From positions 1 to 40,849 of the forward strand of contig DAOVGU010000202.1 of assembly GCA_030672255.1 (NCBI GenBank): a stretch of DNA of 40,849 nucleotides, given 5' to 3'. Positions 16,454-26,171 of the stretch are shown here, piece by piece. The position numbers were made by a program, and so were the translations under genes. The stretch's first letter is position 1. Every line of letters begins with the position of its first letter. Under the pieces are notes generated by a model, which did not search any database, was not told where the DNA came from, and saw only the letters and a list, made by a program, of their open reading frames with translations. The DNA is from a bacterium (GTDB lineage Bacteria; Ratteibacteria; UBA8468).

Positions 16454-17581
16454 ATGATTGAAACTGCAGAACTGAAAAAGGGTGCTATAAATTTCTTGGA
16501 AGAAATGCGTATACCTAAAACATGGAATTTTAAATTTTGTTCTGAGAATAATCCTACTCTTATAGGTTCTTGTTTAGCCGCAATGTTGGGAAATTTTATC
16601 GGTTATTTTGATAAATTAACCAAAAGTGATAAGAAAAACTGGGCTAATTATATAAAAAGTTTTCAAAGGAAAGATGGTTGGTTTGAAGACGAAGACATAG
16701 CCGAAAAGAATCTTTCTCCGGGATACTTAAAAGATAGGGCTTTACTCCATAGAACCCGTCACGCATTATTTGCCCTCTATGCTTTAGAGGAAAGGCCTCT
16801 TTATAAATTTTATTTCTTAGAAAACTGGCTTGGTAAAGGGAAAATGAGAAAATGGTGCGAGACATTAAATTTATCAGATTATTGGTATAGCAGTAATGTG
16901 ATGATGGATATTGCCATTTTTCTGATGGATAATGGCTACTATAATAAAAATGAAAGATCTTGGCAGGCAGTGGAAGAACTTTTAAACTTTTGTGATGAAA
17001 ATGTAAACACTGAAACGGGTTTCCACGATAAAGGGATTAGTGAAATACGTAACGCAATGGCTGGCGCTATGCATCTATATCCAGTATATTTTTTAATGAA
17101 GCGACCGGTTAAAAAGATTAAAGAGACAATTCAAACTACTGTAAGTTTACAGCAGCCAGACGGTCTTTTTGGATATGAGTCAGGCAAAGGGGGAGAGGAT
17201 TGTCTGGATTATGATGCAGTTTTTATCTTAGCGAATTTATGCTTTACCAATAAAGAATTTGAAGCAGTGATTAAGGAATCTTTTCTGAGGTGCCTGAAAG
17301 GGATTATGGTTTGCAAAAATCCAGATGGCGGCTTTTCATGCCATCGAAGAAATGAAACATATTTTTTTGGCACAAAAACCACAGTAGTTCCCACAGGGAA
17401 AAGCAGTCTCTGGGCAACATATAGTCGTCTTTTAACCATTGCGATGATGATGAATATTCTTTATCCAGAAACCCGCTCAGAATGGAAAATGGGAGCAAAT
17501 TTGATGGAAATATGGGATGGAGGTACAGGAATTATGCAGAATTATCCACCATCACGATTAAGGAATGAAATGGGGGGATAA
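16454..17581 (+). CDS. hypothetical protein with prenyltransferase/terpene-cyclase-like alpha/alpha-toroid repeats
   Basis: It contains QQPDGLFGY, KNPDGGFSCH and RKDGWFED repeats of the Q-x-x-DG-x-F type. Confidence 0.35.
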   Translation: MIETAELKKGAINFLEEMRIPKTWNFKFCSENNPTLIGSCLAAMLGNFIGYFDKLTKSDKKNWANYIKSFQRKDGWFEDEDIAEKNLSPGYLKDRALLHRTRHALFALYALEERPLYKFYFLENWLGKGKMRKWCETLNLSDYWYSSNVMMDIAIFLMDNGYYNKNERSWQAVEELLNFCDENVNTETGFHDKGISEIRNAMAGAMHLYPVYFLMKRPVKKIKETIQTTVSLQQPDGLFGYESGKGGEDCLDYDAVFILANLCFTNKEFEAVIKESFLRCLKGIMVCKNPDGGFSCHRRNETYFFGTKTTVVPTGKSSLWATYSRLLTIAMMMNILYPETRSEWKMGANLMEIWDGGTGIMQNYPPSRLRNEMGG

Positions 17582-17583
17582 AT

Positions 17584-19272
17584 ATGACTTCTTTCATAAT
17601 TGCCAGAGGTAAAAAACCTGCTTGCACTGTTCTTCTTGGCTCAGCAAAAGAGGATTTAGAGACAGCAGAACTATTGCAAAAAAGAGTTGAAGGAATTAGC
17701 GATGTAAGGTTAAAGATAACCACCAAAAGACAGAATAGCCACCACAAAAATCAAATTCTTATCGGTTCCCCGGTTTCAAATTCTCTCTCCCGGCAAATAT
17801 TAAGAGAAAAAAAGATTTTAGTGGCACCAAAGGATAAAGAGAGAGAAGAGAATAAGCGGTTATTAGTTCTTGAGGATTTAGGCAATCAGGGATTTATTAT
17901 CTATAAAACAAACTACAAAGGAAAAAAATATTTAATTCTCTCTGGGGAAACTTCCCAAGGTGTTTTCTATGCAGTAAACACCTTTATTAACCGGTTATAT
18001 CTCAAAGGGAAAGATTTAATAGTAGATAATCTTGATTCTAATATAACCCCAGTTATAAATATTCCTGCCTTTAAATATAGAAGTGTAGCCACCAATATTG
18101 GTGGTCCAGATTGGCTTGGTCATAACCAATGGGAGAAAGAATGGGGTTATGATTATAAAGGTTTTATTGACTGGTTGGCCAGCCATAAGATAAATAATCT
18201 TAATATCTGGCCATTTGATTTAGCCTTTGGTATTGCCTATAACTCCAAGAAATTTTCTGAGTGTGTAAACAGATATCATCCTAATGTAAAAAGAGAGTTT
18301 ATTCAGGATATGATTAAATATGCTCACAAAAGATATATAAAAGTATTCTTCTTCATAGATTTCCCGGATAACTGGACAGCAATAATCAAGGCTCATCCGG
18401 AATTAGCCGGGAAAAATGTTAATCCAAAAAATATCCCTTCAGGAAAAGAATGGGAGAATTATCAAAAGCGAGGAGAAGGATTGTGCGCTGGTGGGGAGCG
18501 TTTCCGGAGTAAATTTAGCTGGGTCTGTGCCAGCAATCCAAAGACAATGCAATTCTGGAAAGATTACTGGGAAGAACTTTTAGACAGATATCCAGATGTA
18601 GATGGAATAGGGGGACAATTCTGCGAACATTCTAATACCCGATGTAACTGCAAGAATTGCACAAAAAATTTCTTCCAACTTCAGTTAAAATACTTTGAAG
18701 AAATGATAAAAATTGGTAAAAAGAAGAATCCTCACATCAAAATCTGGCTTTATGATGTCTGGGGAACAAGAGACATCCTAAAAAATAAAGATGAATTTCC
18801 TGGTCTCATTCGTATTGACTGGAATAGTAAATTCGTTCCTTTTATCTTCAGGCACTATGTCCCCCGGGGTAACTGGTATCTTTATCATCGGGGTTATAAC
18901 GAGGTTGGCTCAGAATTTGGGATAAGAGAATGTGCTAAAATATTTAATGAAAGGAACTTAGAAGGTTATCAGATAAGAGGCGTTCATTATAAAGAGACGG
19001 AACAAATCTATTCTGCCTTTGAAGAATTTTCCTGGAATCCTTCTCTTTCCATAGAAGATTTTGCCTATCTTTATGCCTTAAAAAGATTTAGAAAAAGGGA
19101 TGAAAGATTTTCTCGGACCTATATTTCCTGGATAAAAGTTCAAGGCTATCAGGAAATTCTTTCTTACGAAAAAATATCTCCAGAGATTAAAAAAGATTAT
19201 CGGAGAAGACTAAAAGAGGAAACAGAAATTTTCAAGAGGACTTCAAAGGGGGTAAAGAGTCTTTTTCCTTAG
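17584..19272 (+). CDS. hypothetical protein, possibly glycoside-hydrolase-like (GH20b-type N-domain + TIM barrel, DUF4838-like)
   Basis: QGFIIYKT..KYLILSGETSQGVFYAVNTFINRL resembles the N-domain of hexosaminidase/DUF4838 proteins. It also has a Cys cluster, CEHSNTRCNCKNC. The assignment is tentative. Confidence 0.3.
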   Translation: MTSFIIARGKKPACTVLLGSAKEDLETAELLQKRVEGISDVRLKITTKRQNSHHKNQILIGSPVSNSLSRQILREKKILVAPKDKEREENKRLLVLEDLGNQGFIIYKTNYKGKKYLILSGETSQGVFYAVNTFINRLYLKGKDLIVDNLDSNITPVINIPAFKYRSVATNIGGPDWLGHNQWEKEWGYDYKGFIDWLASHKINNLNIWPFDLAFGIAYNSKKFSECVNRYHPNVKREFIQDMIKYAHKRYIKVFFFIDFPDNWTAIIKAHPELAGKNVNPKNIPSGKEWENYQKRGEGLCAGGERFRSKFSWVCASNPKTMQFWKDYWEELLDRYPDVDGIGGQFCEHSNTRCNCKNCTKNFFQLQLKYFEEMIKIGKKKNPHIKIWLYDVWGTRDILKNKDEFPGLIRIDWNSKFVPFIFRHYVPRGNWYLYHRGYNEVGSEFGIRECAKIFNERNLEGYQIRGVHYKETEQIYSAFEEFSWNPSLSIEDFAYLYALKRFRKRDERFSRTYISWIKVQGYQEILSYEKISPEIKKDYRRRLKEETEIFKRTSKGVKSLFP

Positions 19273-19286
19273 ATGAAATCTGCAGG

Positions 19287-20828
19287 ATGAACGTTAAGGA
19301 GAAGCTAAAAAGTCTTCCTGATTCCCCTGGGGTTTATCTTCTCAGGGATAAGGGTCATAGAGTTATCTATATTGGCAAGAGCTTCTCTTTAAAAAAAAGG
19401 GTCGCCAGTTACTTTCAGAAGGGCTCTTTTGATCCAAAGATTGGCCAACTTATTCAGCATCTTGCCGACTTTGACTATATTCGCCTGACCTCAGAACCAG
19501 AGGCCCTTCTTCTGGAAGTCAGACTAATCAAACAATTTCAGCCAAAGTATAATCAGCTTGCTAAGGATGATAAGAGTTACCCTTTTTTAAAAATTACCAA
19601 GGAGAGATTTTCCTCCTTCACCATTGTTCGGGACCCAGGGAGATTTCGTAACCATCACCCTCCCCCTCACCCCTCCCATAAAGGGAGAGGAGGAGAGGAA
19701 AGTCTCTTTATCCCCTCCCCTCGAGGGAGGGGAATAGAGAGGAGGGGGGCATTTTACTTCGGTCCCTATACGGATGTTATCGGTTTGAGGCAAGCCTATC
19801 GCTATATCAGAAATATCTTTCCTGTCCGCCGCTGTAGGAAAAAGATTAATCCGGAGAAGAAACTACGGCCTTGCCTTGATTTTTGGCTTGGGAGATGCAA
19901 AGGACCCTGCGCCGGCAAGATCAAGGAGAAGGAGTACCAGAGATTGGTAGATTCACTTATTTCTTTTTTGAAAGGAAAATATAAAGAAACTATGCAACAA
20001 TTAAAGGAATTGATGAAAAGAGCAGCGGTAGAATTGAATTTTGAAGAGGCCGCAAAATACAGAAATCGGATTGAGGCGATTAGAAGGATGAAGCAGAGTG
20101 AGGTGCATCCCTGTAGGGGTTCGAGTTATCGAACCCGCGGGCTTGATAAATCAAGCCCCTACATTCACTTAAATGAGCTCAAAAAAGTTCTTTCCCTTCC
20201 AAGATTACCGCAGAGGATTGAGGCCATTGATATTTCCGACATCTCGGGAGACAAGGCGGTGGGCAGTCTCGTTTCCTTTAAAGATGGAAGGCCATATAAG
20301 GATGGCTACCGGAGATTTAAGATTAAAGGGGTTTCTAAGATTGATGACTATAAGATGATGGCCGAGGTGGTAGAGAGGCGATATAGAGAAAAGAAAAACC
20401 TTCCTGACCTTCTGCTTATTGATGGGGGAAAGGGACATCTTTCGGTGGTAATGCAGAGATTAAAAAATATGAAATTGCATTTCCCGGTAGCCGCTTTAGC
20501 CAAGAGGAGGGAGGCCATATTTTTGCCAGATTCTCCCTCTCCCCTTATCTTGAAGAAGAATACCTTCTCTCTTCGTCTTCTTCAGGAGATCCGGGATGAG
20601 GCGCACCGTTTTGCCATTTCTTACCATAAGCGGCTACGCCGAAGAGCGTTAAAGGAATCCGGTCTTGATGAGATAGAAGGAATTGGCGCGCAGAGAAAGA
20701 AGAGGCTCCTTTCCCATTTTGATTCACTTGCCGAGATTAAAAAGAGCAGTGTGGAGGAATTAAAGAGATTGGGGCTTTCCGAAAAGTTAAGCAAAAGAGT
20801 AATTGAATTTCTTGGCAAAGTAGGGTAA
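19287..20828 (+). CDS. uvrC: excinuclease ABC subunit C, atypically short and carrying two in-frame repeat insertions
   Basis: Recognised regions: the GIY-YIG N-domain (PGVYLLRD..VIYIGKS), FGPY...RRC...RPCLDFWLGRCKGPC, the UVR motif NFEEAAKYRNRIEAI, RIEAIDISD, PDLLLIDGGKGHL, IRDEAHRFAI, and the (HhH)2 motif LDEIEGIGAQRKKRLL. Confidence 0.85.
   Translation: MNVKEKLKSLPDSPGVYLLRDKGHRVIYIGKSFSLKKRVASYFQKGSFDPKIGQLIQHLADFDYIRLTSEPEALLLEVRLIKQFQPKYNQLAKDDKSYPFLKITKERFSSFTIVRDPGRFRNHHPPPHPSHKGRGGEESLFIPSPRGRGIERRGAFYFGPYTDVIGLRQAYRYIRNIFPVRRCRKKINPEKKLRPCLDFWLGRCKGPCAGKIKEKEYQRLVDSLISFLKGKYKETMQQLKELMKRAAVELNFEEAAKYRNRIEAIRRMKQSEVHPCRGSSYRTRGLDKSSPYIHLNELKKVLSLPRLPQRIEAIDISDISGDKAVGSLVSFKDGRPYKDGYRRFKIKGVSKIDDYKMMAEVVERRYREKKNLPDLLLIDGGKGHLSVVMQRLKNMKLHFPVAALAKRREAIFLPDSPSPLILKKNTFSLRLLQEIRDEAHRFAISYHKRLRRRALKESGLDEIEGIGAQRKKRLLSHFDSLAEIKKSSVEELKRLGLSEKLSKRVIEFLGKVG
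19655..19749 (+). repeat. GC-rich palindromic element, copy 2 (in frame inside uvrC)
   Basis: caccctccccctcacccctcccataaagggagagg...tcccctcccctcgagggaggggaatagagaggagggggg encodes HHPPPHPSHKGRGGEESLFIPSPRGRGIERRGA, between the GIY-YIG domain and the FGPY motif. Confidence 0.8.
20113..20162 (+). repeat. double-hairpin element in frame inside uvrC
   Basis: gtagg-[ggttcga-gtta-tcgaacc]-cgc-[gggcttga-taaa-tcaagccc]-ctac encodes CRGSSYRTRGLDKSSPY. The two-hairpins-plus-closing-stem layout is the same as at 39116-39167. Confidence 0.75.
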
Positions 20829-20848
20829 ACTTTGATATAAAAGAAAAA

Positions 20849-22759
20849 ATGGCAAAATTGACTAAAATCTTAATGATGGGTTTCTTGTTTTTAATAATGG
20901 TTTGCTGCTTAAGCAACACCATTAATGCGGGTAATCGAGAAACCTTCTCGCCGATAGAGAGGCTATTTTTTGATGAATCAAAAGAAGCTCTCCAACAATT
21001 TGGTTATAAGATCTTTGAAGATGCGGCCGGTTTTGTTGCTCCGACCGATATCGCCGTAGAGCCAGACTATCTCTTAGGTTCAGGCGATGAAGTGGTAATC
21101 AGCCTCTGGGGTCTTTTCGAGAAGGAATACCGGGAAACAATTGACCGGGACGGCAATATCTTTCTCCCCAAGCTTGGCAAAATTACCTTAGGCAGAAGGA
21201 CTTTCTCTCAGGCAAAGAAAGACCTCAAAGAAAGGTTCGACCACTACTACAAGAATATCCGCATAAGTATCACTCTGGGAAAAATAAGGACGATCAAAAT
21301 TTTTATTGTTGGGGAGGTGAAACGACCGGGTAGTTACCGGATGAGCGCTCTTTCTAATCTGTTTCACGGGCTTTATCTGGCTGGTGGTCCGACCAAAATG
21401 GGCAGTTTAAGGAATATCAGGGTAATGAGAGGGCGAAGGAAGGAAACTTCCTTTGACCTTTATCCTTTCTTAGTTTCTGGAGATGCCGGGGAAGATTTTC
21501 ACCTTTCCTCCGGGGATACCATCTTCGTTCCTCCCATCGGGCCGGTCGCGGCTATCTGCGGCAATGTGAAAAGACCGGCCATCTATGAACTGAAAGGGAA
21601 AACATCCTTAAAGGATTTAATTGACATCGCCGGTGGTTTTTTGCCCTCAGCCGAGATTTCCCGCATCCAGATCGAGCGGATAGAAAATTTTCAGAAAAAG
21701 GTTCTCTTTGATGTTGAACTCTCCGCTCGGATTAGCCAACGGTTAGCCGATATTTTGCTGAAGGACAGTGATTTAGTGAAAGTCTTTTCTATTGAAAAGA
21801 GAATCTATAACCGTATCTCTTTAGAAGGGATGGTCAAACATCCTGGAGATTACCAACTGAAACCATCGATGCGCTTGAGGGAGATACTTACCCCAGAAGA
21901 GCTTCTGCCAGAAGCATCCCTGAGTAAAGCGGAGATAGTTCGACTGAAAGAGAATGGCTTGACCGAAATTATTGGATTTTCTCCGGAAAAATTGTTTAAG
22001 GGAGAGAAGCAAGAAAATATTATCCTGAAACGTTGGGACCGTGTCATCATCAGGTCGGCCTGGGAGCAGGTCTCCAATGTTGATCTAAAAGGAGAAGTGA
22101 AATTCCCGGGCCAATATACCATCAGGAGGGGAGAAAAGTGCAGTTCCCTGATCGAGCGGGCAGGGGGATATACCTCAGAAGCTTTTCTGCCTGGAGCGGT
22201 CTTCACCAGAGAATCTGTTAAGGAAAAAGAAAGGAGAGATTTAGAGGAATTTATCCAGCGGCAGGGAACAATTTTAGAAAAAAGAAAGAAGGGTGCTACC
22301 GATGAGGAGAAGCGCTTGATCGCCGAAGGAGAAACTCTCCTGGAAGAACTAACTAAGAAGGTTCCTCTTGGAAGAATAGTTTTTCACTTGGGCCCTCTAA
22401 AAAAATTCAAAGGCTCTCCCGATGACTTAATTTTAAAGGACGGGGACACGCTGGACATTCCTAAGCCGCTGGCTGCGGTATCAATCTTAGGCGAGGTAAA
22501 TAATCCCGGGGCAATTTGCTACCAGGAGGGAAAGGGTCTGAATTACTATTTGGAAAAGGCTGGCGGTTTTAGTAAGCATGCCGATAAAAAATATCTTTAT
22601 GTTATTAGACCGGATGGAACGGCCACAGCCAAACCCCCTCTTATTGGCAGAGGGGATGCCATCATCGTCCCGCAAATGATAAAAACAAGAATTGGTAAAG
22701 TCGTCAAGGATATCATCCAGATGATTTATCAAGTTAGTGTAGGCATTTCCTCATTCTAA
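20849..22759 (+). CDS. polysaccharide export protein (Wza-like Poly_export domain + multiple SLBB domains)
   Basis: It has a signal peptide and LGSGDEVVISLWG...DGNIFLPKLGKITLGRRTFSQAKKDL. Repeated G.V..PG.Y SLBB-like units follow (VKRPGSY, VKRPAIY, VKHPGDY, VKFPGQY, VNNPGAI). Confidence 0.8.
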   Translation: MAKLTKILMMGFLFLIMVCCLSNTINAGNRETFSPIERLFFDESKEALQQFGYKIFEDAAGFVAPTDIAVEPDYLLGSGDEVVISLWGLFEKEYRETIDRDGNIFLPKLGKITLGRRTFSQAKKDLKERFDHYYKNIRISITLGKIRTIKIFIVGEVKRPGSYRMSALSNLFHGLYLAGGPTKMGSLRNIRVMRGRRKETSFDLYPFLVSGDAGEDFHLSSGDTIFVPPIGPVAAICGNVKRPAIYELKGKTSLKDLIDIAGGFLPSAEISRIQIERIENFQKKVLFDVELSARISQRLADILLKDSDLVKVFSIEKRIYNRISLEGMVKHPGDYQLKPSMRLREILTPEELLPEASLSKAEIVRLKENGLTEIIGFSPEKLFKGEKQENIILKRWDRVIIRSAWEQVSNVDLKGEVKFPGQYTIRRGEKCSSLIERAGGYTSEAFLPGAVFTRESVKEKERRDLEEFIQRQGTILEKRKKGATDEEKRLIAEGETLLEELTKKVPLGRIVFHLGPLKKFKGSPDDLILKDGDTLDIPKPLAAVSILGEVNNPGAICYQEGKGLNYYLEKAGGFSKHADKKYLYVIRPDGTATAKPPLIGRGDAIIVPQMIKTRIGKVVKDIIQMIYQVSVGISSF

Positions 22760-22763
22760 GTTG

Positions 22764-23798
22764 ATGGATAGAAAATCAAAGGATAGAAATAGAAAGATTC
22801 TCAAAAGACATGGGCATTTTCTCCTTATTTCCTATGGAGTGACCCTGACGGTTACCCTCTTGTTGAGTCTTATTTTGCCAAGGACATACCGGGCTATCGC
22901 TACCATCTTTAGGCCGTCGGAGAGCAAGGCAAGTCTGGAATGGCTCAAAGCCGCTTCTGCCACGAAAGGGTTCGTTTCACCCTTAAGTACCAACGTTGAG
23001 CTATTTCTTTCCATCTTAAAGAGCCGTTCTATGCAGGATGAAATTATTAGGAAGTTTGATTTGTTAAAGGTCTACCGTGTTAAAGATATGGAGGAGGCAC
23101 GGGAAGAGCTGGGGGATTATGCCAAAATTGGTATTTCCAAGGAGAAGGTGATTACCATCGCCGTCTGTGACCGAGATCCAGCCAGAGCTGCCGCGATCGC
23201 CAACTTCTATGTGGAAAATCTGGATAAAACCATGCAAACTTTGAATATCGGTGCCGCCAAGCGCAACCGATTGTTCGTAGAGGAGAGGTTGAAGAAAACG
23301 ATTGAATCCTTAAATAAGGCAGAAGAGGAATTGAAGAATTTCCAGGTTAAAGAGAAAATGGCAGTTAGCAAAGACCTCTCTCAGATGTCTGAGATAGCCG
23401 GTGAGTTAGAAGGGAGGCTTATCGGCGCAAAGGTACAGTTGGAAATCCTGAAAAGATACGCGAGAAGCCATCACCCCGAGGTTCTTAAATTGAAGAGCGA
23501 GATTGGCGAAATCCAGAAAGCCCTCGCCCAATTGCCGGCCAGCGAAGAAAAGCTATCCAAACTACTAAGAAAGGTCAAAACCCAGGAGACAATTTATAGT
23601 TTTTTGACCAACCAATTGGAGCAGGCTAAAATCGCCGAGGCCAAAGACACCCCTATTGTTCAAGTCCTTGATTATGCCATTGTTCCCGATAGGAGTTACC
23701 GACCCGATATAAAATTAAATTTAGGGATAGCAAGTCTGGTGGTTCTGTTTTTGGGCGCAATACTTTCCTTTTTTGATGTCCTCCGTTATTTTGGCTAA
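22764..23798 (+). CDS. Wzz/GumC-type polysaccharide co-polymerase (chain-length determinant), no kinase domain
   Basis: An N-terminal TM is followed by a long coiled-coil region and a C-terminal TM (LNLGIASLVVLFLGAILSFF). It lies immediately downstream of the Wza-like gene. Confidence 0.65.
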   Translation: MDRKSKDRNRKILKRHGHFLLISYGVTLTVTLLLSLILPRTYRAIATIFRPSESKASLEWLKAASATKGFVSPLSTNVELFLSILKSRSMQDEIIRKFDLLKVYRVKDMEEAREELGDYAKIGISKEKVITIAVCDRDPARAAAIANFYVENLDKTMQTLNIGAAKRNRLFVEERLKKTIESLNKAEEELKNFQVKEKMAVSKDLSQMSEIAGELEGRLIGAKVQLEILKRYARSHHPEVLKLKSEIGEIQKALAQLPASEEKLSKLLRKVKTQETIYSFLTNQLEQAKIAEAKDTPIVQVLDYAIVPDRSYRPDIKLNLGIASLVVLFLGAILSFFDVLRYFG

Positions 23799-23815
23799 CC
23801 ACTAATATAACACAA

Positions 23816-25561
23816 ATGAAAAGTTTTAGGCGATTGTTGGATTATTTGGGGCCTTATCGCTTCTTCTTGATTGTCGGTTTAGGGGCAGCAACAGTGGCCA
23901 CATTGGTCCAGCTTGGTCCACCCTATCTCATTAAGATTATTATTGATAAGGTGATTGTCCAGAAAAACCTTCTCCTTCTTAATTATTTAATCTTAGCCCT
24001 TATCGGGCTTTATCTTTTGCGGAGTGGATTTACTACCCTCAGACTCATTTATGTCAATAAGGTGCAGCAAGGCTTGATTTTAGATTTGCGTAATGAGGCC
24101 CATCGTCATCTGCAGAGACTCTCCCTTTCCTACTTTGAGAAAAGACAAAGCGGAAGGATTGTGAGCAGAGTGATTAATGACGTGGAGGCACTTCAGGCAG
24201 TTGTGAGCACGGGAGCGGTAACACTTACCATTGCCCTGGTAACCTTGCTTGGTTCCTTGATAATTTTAATCCGTTTGAATCTTAAACTTACCCTTTTGGC
24301 GATGATTCCCATTCCAGGCCTTGTTTTCCTTGTGGCTACCTTCAGCAAAAGGGCGCATAAGGGTTACCGTCAGATGAGAAGAAGACTGGCAGATATCAAT
24401 GCCCTCTTGCAGGAAAGTATTGCTGGAATCCGGGTGATTAAATCCTTCCGCCAGGAAAGATATGAACAGGAGAGATTTATCCATAAAGGAGGAAGCTACT
24501 ATCGAGCAAATATGGCTATTGTCAGACTCTGGGCCTTCTTCTTTCCTCTGATTATGCTTGCCAGCGCTTTAGGTACGGTGGTTGTTCTCTGGTATGGTGG
24601 TAGAGCGGTTATCCTTGGTAATCTCACCATAGGTGGGTTGGTAGCCTTTGTCTCCTACCTTGCTCTTTTTTATGCTCCGATTAATCAATTGAATGAGGTA
24701 AATAATATATTTCAGTATGCGCGAGCGGCCGGGGAAAGAATCTTTGCGATTATTGATGCTGTTCCAGAGGTGAAGGAAAAGAAAGGGGCGATTGCGCCAA
24801 CTTCTCCTTTAAAGGGAAGAGTTAAATTCAATAATGTAGATTTTTCCTATGGGAAAGAAAAAAAGGTGCAAAAGGAAATATTACATCAAATCAGTTTTGC
24901 GGCAAATCCCGGTGACCTTATTGCTCTTGTGGGAGCTTCGGGCTCAGGAAAGAGCACCATTGTCAGTCTTATTCCCCGCTTCTATGATGTCACCTCGGGC
25001 TCTATCGCCATCGATAATTACGATATCAAACATTTAAAACTCGATTATCTGCGGCAGAACGTAGGGATGGTGCTACAGGAGCCATTCCTCTTTAATGGAA
25101 CAATCCTGGAGAATATTCTCTTTGGAAGACCAACTGCCTCAAGGGAGGAGGCAATTGAAGTGGCAAAGACAGCCAATGCCCATGATTTCATCACTCGGTT
25201 ACTCCATGGTTATGAGACTGAAGTGGGAGAGCGAGGAGTGAAACTCTCGGTAGGAGAAAAGCAGCGTATTACCATTGCCCGGGTGATTCTGAAAGACCCA
25301 CCCATCCTTATTCTGGATGAAGCCACCTCATCGGTTGACTCGGAAACCGAAATCCTCATTCAGGAGGCTTTAGAACGGTTGATGAAAGGCAAAGCCAGTT
25401 TTGTCATTGCTCACAGGCTTTCCACCATCAGAAATGCCACCCGGATTTTGGTCATCTCCGATGGAAAAATCGTTGAGGAAGGTACCCATCAGGAACTCCT
25501 TGCCAAGAGAGGTCACTACTCTCATCTTTACCAGATACAGTTTCAAGTTGAGAATGTGTAA
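23816..25561 (+). CDS. ABC exporter, fused permease/ATPase (MsbA-like)
   Basis: 6-TM N-domain, Walker A GASGSGKST, signature LSVGEKQR, Walker B ILILDEATS. Confidence 0.9.
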   Translation: MKSFRRLLDYLGPYRFFLIVGLGAATVATLVQLGPPYLIKIIIDKVIVQKNLLLLNYLILALIGLYLLRSGFTTLRLIYVNKVQQGLILDLRNEAHRHLQRLSLSYFEKRQSGRIVSRVINDVEALQAVVSTGAVTLTIALVTLLGSLIILIRLNLKLTLLAMIPIPGLVFLVATFSKRAHKGYRQMRRRLADINALLQESIAGIRVIKSFRQERYEQERFIHKGGSYYRANMAIVRLWAFFFPLIMLASALGTVVVLWYGGRAVILGNLTIGGLVAFVSYLALFYAPINQLNEVNNIFQYARAAGERIFAIIDAVPEVKEKKGAIAPTSPLKGRVKFNNVDFSYGKEKKVQKEILHQISFAANPGDLIALVGASGSGKSTIVSLIPRFYDVTSGSIAIDNYDIKHLKLDYLRQNVGMVLQEPFLFNGTILENILFGRPTASREEAIEVAKTANAHDFITRLLHGYETEVGERGVKLSVGEKQRITIARVILKDPPILILDEATSSVDSETEILIQEALERLMKGKASFVIAHRLSTIRNATRILVISDGKIVEEGTHQELLAKRGHYSHLYQIQFQVENV

Positions 25562-25746
25562 GGTGATTAAAATAAAGATTTCTCCGTTGCAAAAGAAATT
25601 TAACTTTCAGGATAAAGGTATTGCAGTTTCTGCCTTTTCTACAACCCATCTTTTAGAAAGTTATGGTTTTTTCATTTCTGCGGAAAAAACTCCTCATTGC
25701 CTCCGATGGTCTACAACTAAACCTCTGAAATTGTCATAAGGGCCAA

Positions 25747-25775
25747 TTGCAATTAGTTCAGAAATGTAATATACT
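25747..25775 (+). promoter_or_regulatory. putative sigma70-type promoter for the HEPN/MNT pair
   Basis: TTGCAA, 17-nt spacer, TATACT. The -10 ends 12 nt before the ATG and there is no SD, so the transcript would be nearly leaderless. Confidence 0.4.
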
Positions 25776-25787
25776 ATAATTAAAAAA

Positions 25788-26171
25788 ATGAGGATTGAAA
25801 TAGAAAGATTGGTAAAGCAGGCCAGTCGGGATTTGGAAAATGCCAAGAAGAATTTAGATATAGAGGCATATGAGGTCTCTGCGTTTCTTGCTCAGCAATC
25901 TGTAGAAAAACACCTGAAATCTCTTTGGATACATCTCCATCAGGAAAATCCTCCTGCCACTCATACTTTAACCGAGTTAGGTCAGGGTATAGGTATTCCT
26001 GAAAAATTGAAGCATAATCTGGCTAACCTCACTCCAGACTATACTGTCTCCCGTTACCCTGACGCAGCTAACGGAGTTCCTTATGAGATGTATGATAAAG
26101 AAACGGCTGAAAGGAAGGTATCTCTTGCTGAAGAGATAGTTTTATGGGTGAGAAGAAAAATAGGACTATAG
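25788..26171 (+). CDS. HEPN domain protein (toxin-like partner of MNT)
   Basis: AFLAQQSVEKHLKSLWI ... DYTVSRYPD are classical HEPN helices and the RY motif. Confidence 0.75.
   Translation: MRIEIERLVKQASRDLENAKKNLDIEAYEVSAFLAQQSVEKHLKSLWIHLHQENPPATHTLTELGQGIGIPEKLKHNLANLTPDYTVSRYPDAANGVPYEMYDKETAERKVSLAEEIVLWVRRKIGL

Noticed and set aside
20113-20162. The double-hairpin units (here and at 39116-39167) could be tRNA or tRNA-like genes, because of the GGTTCGA string and the closing stem.
   Set aside because: They are only about 50 nt with two arms. The GGTTCGA lies in a stem rather than a T-loop, and there is no anticodon arm or acceptor/CCA geometry.
25401-25739. The 112-aa ORF extends from inside the ABC transporter gene into the 226-nt intergenic region.
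   Set aside because: It starts out of frame within the ABC gene and has no RBS or recognisable motif. I leave the intergenic region unannotated apart from the putative promoter.
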